A DNA stretch of 64,000 nucleotides from a virus (lineage: Duplodnaviria > Heunggongvirae > Uroviricota > Caudoviricetes), in IMG/VR virus record IMGVR_UViG_3300027807_000001, positions 83,285 to 147,284 of that record; one strand, given 5' to 3'. Under the pieces are notes generated by a model that did not search any database, was not told where the DNA came from, and saw nothing but the letters and a program-made list of their open reading frames with translations. The translations under genes and the position numbers were made by a program. Of the stretch, positions 55,908 through 64,000 are shown one piece after another (position 1 is the stretch's first letter; every line of letters begins with the position of its first letter).

Positions 55908-58150
55908 TACTCTACCTCTTCAAATAGCGGAGTGAATGGAGTTTCGAGTTCAGCTAAAATATCTATATGTTTTCTTAAGGCAGCCAACATGTCATCCGGC
56001 AGATCTTCTGTAATTTCTACAGTATCAACTAAATTATTATTAATGTGTAATCGTGCGGTAGTCTTTAATTCATCAGTAGGTCGTAACTCTAAGAGTATGA
56101 GTTTCGGACTATCTCCACCAATAAATGAAAGGTAACACTGGGGTGATACGACATTGCGTTTGTAGTAGTGAGATAGCACGTTGTTCGCAGAGTCTACGAG
56201 TGTGCAATACTTTTGAATGTCCTCTTTAATTGTAAGGACATCATTACCATTATCTAAGCGGATGTTATACCATTTATCATTAAATGTACTGGTTATAGTC
56301 CCTGTTTCGTTAATGGACATTACTTTTACAGGGTCCCCTTCATTGTAAATAAACCGGCGTAGGGGAGAGATTGATCCATTTTCTGTTTCCTGAAAGAAGT
56401 TTTGAATCTCAGGGAGGTCTAGTAGCGTAGATACAATTTTCTTTTTAAGCCCAGTGATACGCGGAGGAGACAATTTCATCATCCGAGCCGTATCAGGATT
56501 TGAAAAATTGGACTCGTACAGATAAGAGTATGCCTTGAAGAGCTGAGGACTTTCGCTGGAAAGTTTTTGCTCTATCTTATTTCGTAGAAGTGTATAATTG
56601 AGTCCACCTTCTTTTCTGAGGGTAGAAATAGAAGTGAGGAATTCCTCTAGCGCCTGCTGCTTCTTTAATTTCTTAGTCTCCTCAACTAGCGCAGCGATCT
56701 CCGGCTGCTTCATTAAAAATTCCATTATGTAAGGGACAGATCCGCTCGTCTGCCCTTTAAAAGGACCGTGAATCAGATTGCGGATTCTCGCTGCGTTAGG
56801 CTGGGAAAGTGCAAGATACTCTTTCTGCGCCTCTTTGAGCTCATCAGCTGCTTTGGGATTACTTTTGGCTTTCTCTTTAAGCTGTCTGAAGAAGTCAGTG
56901 ACTAAGCGCTGTCGCTTCTCAGCATCTTCTATTTTACTTGCAGTGGGAGGGATAGTAGCTGGGAGGGAAGAAACGTCTACCTGGTGCTTCTTTAGGAAGG
57001 CTATCTCTTTTGCACGAGGCCTGCTTGTTTCTAAGCCGTATGCACGAGCAACATCAGATGCTTTTTCACAGTCAATAAAGATTCTCTTAAAAATGTCTAG
57101 AAGACGATTAGCTGATTCTTGTGTAAACTTGCTACCGGGCTTATTAACTCTTGCTTCAAGCCATTTACGAAAAGGTTCATAGTATTCGTTAAAGTCAAAT
57201 AGATTTTCTTCCTTTGCACGCTCGGCAACAGTCTCTTCCAGAGAGAGAGATTCTTCCCCTCCTAAGGGCTGTGTTAACGATAGAGGGATTCCTCCCTTGG
57301 ATGGATCTGCTTGCCGCGCGAAAGCATCCTTGCGAGACTTGATCTCATTTTCCATTGCGCGAAAGAGATAAGTACCCAGGCTTGCTCTTTGCCCTTCAAA
57401 CCCGGCACTTCCAGTATTTGTATCTTCCGCTTTAAAGGGATTGTAAGACCTTATAGCCCTCATGACCACAGCGTGAGCAAAATCATCTACGACATCTTGG
57501 TCTACATCACCTGTTTCTGGATTAAAAGCTGCTCGGCCTGTTTTAGGATCGACTACTTCTTTTCCTTTTTTAACTGCGAAGCCTTTGGCTAGATCGAGGA
57601 CAGGGCTGCTACCCGCGCTGCCGGTACCACCTGACCATTTGGATGGGTCGAGTCCGGTGACTTCAGACCACTGTTCAGCAAGTTCGGGGTCCGGTGCACG
57701 CAACATATCAGATTGTTCATCCTGAGTTAAGAAAGGACCATGCCATCCTACTTCTACTCTTGAAGGATATATGGAGGTAAATAATTCCTTGACCTTCTCT
57801 GCTTGTTTTGTCGCTTTTTCTAATTCTTCAGGAGGGGTATCGGGAGGGAAAAACTCTTTTGCAGGAGGAAGAGGAGTCTGCCCCGACTCCTTCTTTTCGC
57901 GGTATTGTAGCTGGAGCGCCTTATTAACGGCATCACCGTAGCTGTTATTGAGGGTATTTAACTCTTGTTTAGCAGTGAGCCACTCTTGGCGCTTTTGTCG
58001 CCATTCATCTGTGGATCCTATCATGCCTGCTTCTTTTAAAAGCAAATATGCCCATACCCGTGCTTGGTCGCTAAACTTGTGGAGCAACTCTAACTGTTCA
58101 GAGGATAGATCGTCGTCGCTGTTCGATTTGACGTAGATAATGGCGCTCAT
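55907..58150 (-). CDS. 747-aa sigma70-like protein (region 2-like, two region 4-like HTHs, C-terminal SH3/KOW)
   Basis: RAIRSYNP..SLGTYLFRAMENEI..LSLTQPLGGEESLSLEETV; ASDVARAYGL; NPDTARMMKLSPPRITGLKKK; YNEGDPVKV. Confidence 0.5.
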   Translation of the reverse strand: MSAIIYVKSNSDDDLSSEQLELLHKFSDQARVWAYLLLKEAGMIGSTDEWRQKRQEWLTAKQELNTLNNSYGDAVNKALQLQYREKKESGQTPLPPAKEFFPPDTPPEELEKATKQAEKVKELFTSIYPSRVEVGWHGPFLTQDEQSDMLRAPDPELAEQWSEVTGLDPSKWSGGTGSAGSSPVLDLAKGFAVKKGKEVVDPKTGRAAFNPETGDVDQDVVDDFAHAVVMRAIRSYNPFKAEDTNTGSAGFEGQRASLGTYLFRAMENEIKSRKDAFARQADPSKGGIPLSLTQPLGGEESLSLEETVAERAKEENLFDFNEYYEPFRKWLEARVNKPGSKFTQESANRLLDIFKRIFIDCEKASDVARAYGLETSRPRAKEIAFLKKHQVDVSSLPATIPPTASKIEDAEKRQRLVTDFFRQLKEKAKSNPKAADELKEAQKEYLALSQPNAARIRNLIHGPFKGQTSGSVPYIMEFLMKQPEIAALVEETKKLKKQQALEEFLTSISTLRKEGGLNYTLLRNKIEQKLSSESPQLFKAYSYLYESNFSNPDTARMMKLSPPRITGLKKKIVSTLLDLPEIQNFFQETENGSISPLRRFIYNEGDPVKVMSINETGTITSTFNDKWYNIRLDNGNDVLTIKEDIQKYCTLVDSANNVLSHYYKRNVVSPQCYLSFIGGDSPKLILLELRPTDELKTTARLHINNNLVDTVEITEDLPDDMLAALRKHIDILAELETPFTPLFEEVE

Positions 58151-58240
58151 TAGGTTGTTATATGGTATATACCAGGGAACAGAGAATTTTCCTACTGCTA
58201 TTTACTATATAAAGTAAACTATAATATAAAAGCGACAAAT

Positions 58241-58603
58241 CTAGGATAGATTGAGCTGTTTTTTTATTTTCTTGACGCATGCGGTCAGCACTATACTTAC
58301 GTAAGGCTGAGTGACGCTAAATGCGTCGGCTATCTGAACTTCGCTCATTCCTATCACGTAGTAGGATGTAAAAAATTGGAACTGCACTTCTGTCAGTACT
58401 TTTGTCGCCGCGATAAATAAATTATTTACCATGGTTTCTTTCCGCTTGTGGTAGGACTCCCTCTCTTCCGCTAGATCGGGGGCAGGCTGCTTACTCAGTA
58501 GCAGTTCAACTTCTTCAACATCCAGCGGGATCTCTCGCTGGAATCTCCAAGCGACCCTATTCAGGTTAATGTCTACCTGACTCTGAAAATTATTGTCGCT
58601 CAT
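58241..58603 (-). CDS. sigma70 region 4-type HTH protein
   Basis: LTEVQFQFF..YVIGMSEVQIADAFSVTQPYVS..VKKIKK. Confidence 0.7.
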   Translation of the reverse strand: MSDNNFQSQVDINLNRVAWRFQREIPLDVEEVELLLSKQPAPDLAEERESYHKRKETMVNNLFIAATKVLTEVQFQFFTSYYVIGMSEVQIADAFSVTQPYVSIVLTACVKKIKKQLNLS

Positions 58604-59211
58604 TAGGCGTCGTCTGAAGGTAACGTTTCGCTTTCAGGTTCGTAGCTTCTTAGTACTCCAGTTAAAAATTCTAGCCCTACATTGACTCGGGTAGGCCTGC
58701 CAAATACATTCATTTCAAGCACAGCGTGCCCTGCGCGAATTTCAATGATAGTCCCTTTGCATCCAATAAAAGGGCCGTTGCACACTTCTATTAGGGTACC
58801 AATTTTTAGGCTGGGTGCTTCGAAATTCTCGACTTCTAGCTGCTTGAACGATTCTAATTGCTTGATTCTTTGAACTTCCTCTTCAGAGAGAGCTGCAGGG
58901 ATTTTAGTTCCTGTCACATACAAAAAGTATGCGGGAATTTTTCTTTCTGTCAGAAACTCTTCGAAAGCAATTGGATCGTGAATTGCTACAAGGGTGTAGT
59001 CGTAAAATAAAAACTGCTTACGTAGCACTGTTGTATTGCGTAATTTGCGTGGCTGAAAATATCCAGGCATCCAGAAGGTAGGCGTTTCGGGGGCGGCCCC
59101 TATACTCGAATTGATTGTGCGTATATTAGCAATTCCGTTTGTTTTCAATACGTAATATCGTTTTACGGATGTATCAATTACAGGTACGTCGGCTGTTATT
59201 GCGTCTCCCAT
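58603..59211 (-). CDS. NusG/RfaH-family transcription factor paralog
   Basis: NGN-like YYVL..LFYDYTLV; KOW IGTLIEVCNGPFIGCKGTI..VLEMNVFGRPTRV. Confidence 0.8.
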   Translation of the reverse strand: MGDAITADVPVIDTSVKRYYVLKTNGIANIRTINSSIGAAPETPTFWMPGYFQPRKLRNTTVLRKQFLFYDYTLVAIHDPIAFEEFLTERKIPAYFLYVTGTKIPAALSEEEVQRIKQLESFKQLEVENFEAPSLKIGTLIEVCNGPFIGCKGTIIEIRAGHAVLEMNVFGRPTRVNVGLEFLTGVLRSYEPESETLPSDDA

Positions 59212-59222
59212 GAGAGTCCCCC

Positions 59223-59723
59223 TTACTTCCAGCTCTTGCCAGAAGCTATTGCTTTTATTGTTGCGGCTCTTACTCGGAAAGCGCGGGCAAGGAATGCATG
59301 AGATTTAGTCGGGAGTAGTTCTCTAATTAGGCTGACACTTTCTGTAGTTAGTTTTGCGCTGCCACTTTTAGCGCCTCTTGGTCCTTTATTAAGTCCAGTA
59401 CGCCAAGCGTGACGGACATTTTCAGCGAGGGATACATATTCTAAATTATCCCAGTGATTGTTGCTTTTATTTCCATCTTTATGGTTTACTTGATCGTCCA
59501 GTGAAGCGGGACCTATAAAAGCTTCGGCGACTAATCTATGGACTAAATAGTTCTTCCCCTGGCCTTCTGAGGTAGGAAGCCATACAGCTAGATATCCTTT
59601 GCTGATGTAGCTTGGCTTTATTGGTCCAGGTTTTGAAGTTCTGGAAGAAGTTATTCTACGAACGTTTCCTAAGTCGGAAACTTCGTAATTAGTATTGTGG
59701 ATTATCTTTACCCATCGTTCCAT
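59223..59723 (-). CDS. NUMOD4-HNH homing endonuclease
   Basis: YEVSDLGNVR, VHRLVAEAF, VNHKDGNKSNNHWDNLE. Confidence 0.88.
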   Translation of the reverse strand: MERWVKIIHNTNYEVSDLGNVRRITSSRTSKPGPIKPSYISKGYLAVWLPTSEGQGKNYLVHRLVAEAFIGPASLDDQVNHKDGNKSNNHWDNLEYVSLAENVRHAWRTGLNKGPRGAKSGSAKLTTESVSLIRELLPTKSHAFLARAFRVRAATIKAIASGKSWK

Positions 59724-60351
59724 AAGATCGAATCCTTTCGGATAGATTGAGGGATTGCAATCTTAAAAAGGCATCAGCGCCATTATTCTTTACAAAGGAA
59801 TCTGGGTCTGATCCTGTGGGTAGATTTATCTGCCGGTACTGAATGCCATTATCTTTTAACATACGAATGATTTTTTGAGCACAGTCTCGTCCGGCTTGAT
59901 CCCCATCAGTTGCTACTATAATCTCTTCTGCGAATCTCATCAGCAAGCTTAGCTGTTCTAGTGAAAGCTTGGATCCCAGCATGGCTACGCTATTTTTGAT
60001 TCCATTTTCATAAAGCGTTAACAAGTCAAAGTTTCCTTCAACAATGACTGCTTTACGCGTACGCAGTATCTCTTTGTATGTTACATTGAGACCAAACAAA
60101 TGACGACTCTTGGTGTATTTAGAGTGTATATATCTTTTAACATCCACGGACCTAGAGGCGACTGCGACTAAGTTATTATACAGATCTTTTATGGGAAATA
60201 GAACCGTGTCGTGGAATCGAAAATCTATGAGGGGTGCAAACTCTGGATTGGTACACTGTCCATAGCTATCACATGTGCCGATTTCAAAGGCTCTGATAGT
60301 TTCGTTGGAGAGCCCTCTGCTGCGTAGATAATCTAAATACTTATTAGACAT
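59689..60351 (-). CDS. dnaG: DnaG-like primase catalytic/Toprim core (no zinc-binding domain)
   Basis: YLRSRGL, VLFPI, LFGL, VEGNFD, DGDQAG, DPDSF. Confidence 0.85.
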   Translation of the reverse strand: MSNKYLDYLRSRGLSNETIRAFEIGTCDSYGQCTNPEFAPLIDFRFHDTVLFPIKDLYNNLVAVASRSVDVKRYIHSKYTKSRHLFGLNVTYKEILRTRKAVIVEGNFDLLTLYENGIKNSVAMLGSKLSLEQLSLLMRFAEEIIVATDGDQAGRDCAQKIIRMLKDNGIQYRQINLPTGSDPDSFVKNNGADAFLRLQSLNLSERIRSYGTMGKDNPQY

Positions 60352-61129
60352 TAGCGGTTTTAGCTACCCATCTTTTCATTGTAGTGATATTGTGGACTAT
60401 AGCGTTCATCTGCTCTTGATCAACGTCTACATCAAAGTAATTCTCAGGGCGAGAAAGTTTGGGGCCTACTAGACCTGTAGTAGCGTGTAGCCTATTCTTG
60501 GATAGTCCTTGTACCACAGGGAGAGAAGTGTCGCATGATCGGATGTTAGGGGCCTGATGCATTGTCAGTTCTATAGGGTTATTTCCCATCCCTAGCAGGT
60601 GGATTGGCTTCTTAAGATTGCCTGCAGCTGTATGCGTTGCGAGATGCACTGCTCTAACCCTCGCATTCGTAAGATCTGGGGCAAAACTCTTGCATCCTAC
60701 GTAACTGAAACCCACTACATCAATATGTGGATTGTCGCGCATATGCGCTAAACAATTTAGCCAGTCAGGTACATTAGCGCCCTGAACTACCCCCATGACC
60801 CGGAATTTACCTAGATTCCCGGAATCGTCGAGATACTTAATAAAGTCATTTGTCGCCTTTATAGTTTTCTTCGAACTACCAAATGCGTCAGGGGCTACTA
60901 TCTCTGTGGCGTTGAGGCGCTTTGCAGCGTCAACTATTTGTGGAGAAGATAAGGGCTGGCTCAGTTCGAAAGCAGAATTGTCACAGATGGTGTAGTTGTT
61001 TGCTTTCTTATAGTGCTCTAGGTATGTTGGATCATCTACTAAGTGCGCGAGCGCAAAATTATAATCATTATGTACTCCTAAAGTTTTAAGATGCTTTGTG
61101 GGCAGCTCAAAGGCTAATTCTATTGGCAC
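60344..61129 (-). CDS. TGT-fold (tRNA-guanine transglycosylase/DpdA-like) protein
   Basis: CDNSAFE, GVVQG, IHLLG, SCDTSLP fall at the TGT catalytic motif positions. Confidence 0.65.
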   Translation of the reverse strand: MPIELAFELPTKHLKTLGVHNDYNFALAHLVDDPTYLEHYKKANNYTICDNSAFELSQPLSSPQIVDAAKRLNATEIVAPDAFGSSKKTIKATNDFIKYLDDSGNLGKFRVMGVVQGANVPDWLNCLAHMRDNPHIDVVGFSYVGCKSFAPDLTNARVRAVHLATHTAAGNLKKPIHLLGMGNNPIELTMHQAPNIRSCDTSLPVVQGLSKNRLHATTGLVGPKLSRPENYFDVDVDQEQMNAIVHNITTMKRWVAKTANV

Positions 61130-61709
61130 TTGTTTTCTCCAGTACTGTCTTAATTATATCTAGGCGATCTTCTACAGAACCTTCTATCTGATAAACTTTT
61201 AGATTGTACTGCCGGATAATTCTGGTTTGAATATCATCTATCTTGCGACGATATTCTTCATCAGGGGAACGTATTCCGTCTAATTCCAACTTAACATCTT
61301 CTGTGAGGGGTATGTGAAAAATATGCGAATATTTTTTGCACTGTTCTACGATATTATCATTATACCATTTCAACAAGTTAAGTTTTTTTGCTTGCTCCTC
61401 CGCGTTGATATCCCCACTATTAAGCAATGCATAAGAGAACCTATCGATAATAGTCCGGTCTGCTATGAGCACCTTGCCCGCATTTTCACGTTCCAGCCTA
61501 ATGTACTCATCTTCTATTAGCTGCTGAGTCGAAGCATTCGCTTCTTTGTTAATCTTAAAGCCACGTCGTTCTAGAGATCTAGCAACCTCTGCTATATGAA
61601 CAACAGGGACCCCATACATCTTTTCAAGTAGAGGGATCGTAGGTTTGATCAGAGTGGTCTTTCCTACAGAGGCAGTTCCTACGAAAGCGATGTATGGGGT
61701 CTTATTCAT
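61107..61709 (-). CDS. P-loop nucleotide kinase / AAA_28-like ATPase
   Basis: GTASVGKTT, IADRTIIDRFSY. Confidence 0.75.
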   Translation of the reverse strand: MNKTPYIAFVGTASVGKTTLIKPTIPLLEKMYGVPVVHIAEVARSLERRGFKINKEANASTQQLIEDEYIRLERENAGKVLIADRTIIDRFSYALLNSGDINAEEQAKKLNLLKWYNDNIVEQCKKYSHIFHIPLTEDVKLELDGIRSPDEEYRRKIDDIQTRIIRQYNLKVYQIEGSVEDRLDIIKTVLEKTSANRISL

Positions 61710-61712
61710 AAT

Positions 61713-62669
61713 TTAATAGAATGCGCGATTGAGCGACTTCCATTCTCCCGCTATCTTCTTCTGGCTAATATACGCTGTCGCGTTATGATGATGGATACTC
61801 TCAAAGTTTCTGACACGGACTTTTGCCCAGACAGCCTCAGGGAGAGAGTGTACTTTCCTCATAACATCTCTAGCGACATCTTCTACAAACTTAGGATTTT
61901 CATACCCTTGAATGGTTACGAATTTTTCATCAGGTCTCTTAAGAAGAGTATATAGTTCTGCAGAGCCTGACGTTTCAGAAATGCGAATTAGATCTTCCAG
62001 CCAAGCCCCGGGGCTGATGGGATCTGTTCTTACTTGTAGAGTAACTAATCCCCTCTGGGCGTGGGCACCCTTGCCTACGTCAGCCGCGGCGTCTGTCACA
62101 CACATTGCCTTACTGCAGGGGCAATATGTAGCGATAGGGACGTTTACTTCTACGACGAACCGAGTCTTTCCGTCTTGCATCTGTCCTACAAATGCGCATT
62201 CATACGCCATTGGGCTTTCTCTTTTAGAGACTGGAGTAGTTTTATTCATCCAGAACTGAAAAGTAGTCTTGACATAGACATCGGGAGTTTCTAATCTATC
62301 AGAAAGCGACTTAAGAAGATCGGGAAAGTCATACCCTGATAGTGAACGACCCGCGCCGTAATCCAATAAAAGTTCGGCGAACCGGCTCATATTTGTGCCT
62401 TTAAGGGCTGGATCTAATGATCCATACATATCAAAAGTACCCAGTGTTTGTATTTCACCACCGGTCTTTCGTTTAACTACAAGAGGAAATACAACACCAT
62501 CGATGCCGACTCGATTAATTGCTAATCCACGTGTATCTTCTACAGCATGAATATCCGGCAACGAAGATTTATTGTATCCTGTCAATTCTCCGGGATTTGC
62601 GTCCGTAACTGCTGCGTGCTCCGTGTTCATTACTATCTCCATTTTATTTGCCGCTACTACCGAATCCAT
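61713..62669 (-). CDS. folE2: GTP cyclohydrolase IB (FolE2)
   Basis: INRVGI, KGTNMSRF, TYCPCSK, AHAQRG, LLKRPDEKFVT, NPKFVED, ESIHHHNA. Confidence 0.9.
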   Translation of the reverse strand: MDSVVAANKMEIVMNTEHAAVTDANPGELTGYNKSSLPDIHAVEDTRGLAINRVGIDGVVFPLVVKRKTGGEIQTLGTFDMYGSLDPALKGTNMSRFAELLLDYGAGRSLSGYDFPDLLKSLSDRLETPDVYVKTTFQFWMNKTTPVSKRESPMAYECAFVGQMQDGKTRFVVEVNVPIATYCPCSKAMCVTDAAADVGKGAHAQRGLVTLQVRTDPISPGAWLEDLIRISETSGSAELYTLLKRPDEKFVTIQGYENPKFVEDVARDVMRKVHSLPEAVWAKVRVRNFESIHHHNATAYISQKKIAGEWKSLNRAFY

Positions 62670-63162
62670 TCTCTCCTCTATTGCTAGTGGAGAGTTCGTT
62701 TACAATTTCAAATTCAGTTGGAATAACTTTCTGCAAAGATATCTGACCGATTCTATCGCCCTTCTTAACGTTATAATAAGTTTTTGATAGGTTATGAAGA
62801 ATGGTTCCTAATTTTCCTTTATAATTTTCGTCCACAGTGCCAACGTGGCAGAAGATTCCTCTTGAAGCTAAACCGCTTCTTCCGTTGATCATTACTTTGT
62901 ACCCTTGTGGAATTTCTAAACCAAAACCACAATCTACGGAAGCAGTCGTGCCTGGGGGAATCTCTACATCCTCTACGCTATAGATATCAAACGCGGCATC
63001 GCCTACACGCTGCATTTTTGGTAACTGAGCGTCAGGATGCATTAGCTTTACTCCTACTACCGCAGGAAGAAGAGAACTATCTAATGTTTCTGATAATGTT
63101 CTCCAAGCTGCGGCTGCTCTAACGGCCACCTCTATCGCTACGACTTTCTTAGTTTCATCCAT
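62644..63162 (-). CDS. dut: trimeric dUTPase
   Basis: AAFDI, GRSGLA, GTVDENYKG, GDRIGQ, RGENGFGSSG. Confidence 0.92.
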   Translation of the reverse strand: MDETKKVVAIEVAVRAAAAWRTLSETLDSSLLPAVVGVKLMHPDAQLPKMQRVGDAAFDIYSVEDVEIPPGTTASVDCGFGLEIPQGYKVMINGRSGLASRGIFCHVGTVDENYKGKLGTILHNLSKTYYNVKKGDRIGQISLQKVIPTEFEIVNELSTSNRGENGFGSSGK

Positions 63163-63433
63163 AATGTATATTACAGATGAAACTGCGTAATTTTCACAAG
63201 GCCTTCAGGCGCAAAAATTGCGTTTTTCTTTCCTGAATTAATTTTTTCAACCATCTTACGAAATGCGGATAATTCTTCTGCAGTGGGAAATATACCCCGG
63301 TCGCAATTACCCAATTCATAAACTGTTAATGTGTTCGCGCGCGTGTTAACAGCACCTATCTGTAGCCCAGTGATTCTGGATAGTGACCTTCTTTTCGATT
63401 TAACTTTCTTTTCGTTTTTAGCCATAGTATCCC

Positions 63434-64000
63434 TTAAGCCTTTACTTCTGTTAATGCTCCCCAGCGCTGCCCTTTCTTAATTTCAGCAGCCATCGCGACG
63501 TTGATGCCTTCAATGGGACGTTCGATTCCTTCTTTAATTATTTTCAACGATTCAGTTATTTCTTCATCAGGTACTTCATAAATAACCGAGTCGTGAACAG
63601 TTAACACGAGCTGCCCTTTCATTCCCCTCTTTTCAAATTCTCTTTTAATACGCGCTCCAGCAATCATGCACATATCTGAAGCTCCTGATTGAATAGGACT
63701 ATTCTTCGCCTGCCTTTCTGCTTCGGATCGAACCATTTCATCGTTACTATTAATGCCAGGGAGCCTGCGCAGACGTCCGAAGTGATTCTTTACGTATCCA
63801 TTTGTGCGTGCGAAGTTTACCGTATCCTTGAGCCATCTCTTTGCTTTGGGGTAGCGATTAAAGAAGATCTGTACAACCTTTTCGGCTTCATCTTCACTGA
63901 TGCCCAATTGTTGTGCGACAGACCATGTGCTCCTTCCATACATAAGTCCGAATACAATAGCTTTCGCGTCCTGTCGTTGTTTCTTTGTGACTTGCTCAAG
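63434..64000 (-). CDS. polA: family A DNA polymerase, 3' end (gene continues beyond window)
   Basis: motif B RQDAKAIVFGLMYG, AKNSPIQSGASD, motif C VHDSVIYE. Confidence 0.92.
   Translation of the reverse strand, partial: LEQVTKKQRQDAKAIVFGLMYGRSTWSVAQQLGISEDEAEKVVQIFFNRYPKAKRWLKDTVNFARTNGYVKNHFGRLRRLPGINSNDEMVRSEAERQAKNSPIQSGASDMCMIAGARIKREFEKRGMKGQLVLTVHDSVIYEVPDEEITESLKIIKEGIERPIEGINVAMAAEIKKGQRWGALTEVKA

Noticed and set aside
34106-63122. Short + strand ORFs opposite the large - strand genes (and - strand ORFs opposite genes in 1-19 kb)
   Set aside because: Antisense shadows with no motifs or ribosome-binding sites, fully overlapping well-supported genes.
1-64000. Genome-wide TAG or TGA reassignment
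   Set aside because: Long conserved genes (ligase, RuvB, FolE2, the 2129-aa ORF) are intact in code 11, and TAG/TGA end several genes at expected C-termini; only two micro-ORFs are interrupted.

Overview
This 64-kb window looks like part of a large tailed-phage (jumbo/huge phage) genome in genetic code 11. The evidence is dense small ORFs, homing endonucleases, DNA metabolism genes and no host housekeeping operons. Bases 1-33.9 kb are on the + strand. They hold an accessory region with a phiEco32-like amidoligase, class II glutamine amidotransferase, gamma-glutamyl cyclotransferase, ATP-dependent DNA ligase, TraR/DksA finger, RNA-repair nucleotidyltransferase and RuvB. A 12.7-kb array of about 40 tRNA genes follows (all 20 amino acids, one CUA-anticodon tRNA, several pseudo-tRNAs), interleaved with micro-ORFs, HNH genes, Hsp20, a DenV-like glycosylase and several structured ncRNA candidates. 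Bases 33.9-64 kb are on the - strand. They hold large modular proteins punctuated by K-x-A motifs (probable virion/head proteins, inferred), two proteases, a sigma-like/NusG-like cluster, and a replication block (primase, TGT-fold protein, kinase, FolE2, dUTPase, 3' end of a family A DNA polymerase). The most notable patterns are: (1) an expansion of about 20 B-box-like LCCxxN zinc-finger micro-proteins; (2) a coiled-coil gene followed by a ~400-nt structured RNA with nine regularly spaced AAG triplets; (3) tRNA-shaped RNAs with expanded central domains and a ~380-nt ornate RNA inside the tRNA array; (4) A18/G55 elbow covariation in about a third of the tRNAs; (5) a terminator/antiterminator switch in front of the array. 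All calls come from reading motifs and base-pairing by eye; no database searches or folding programs were run.
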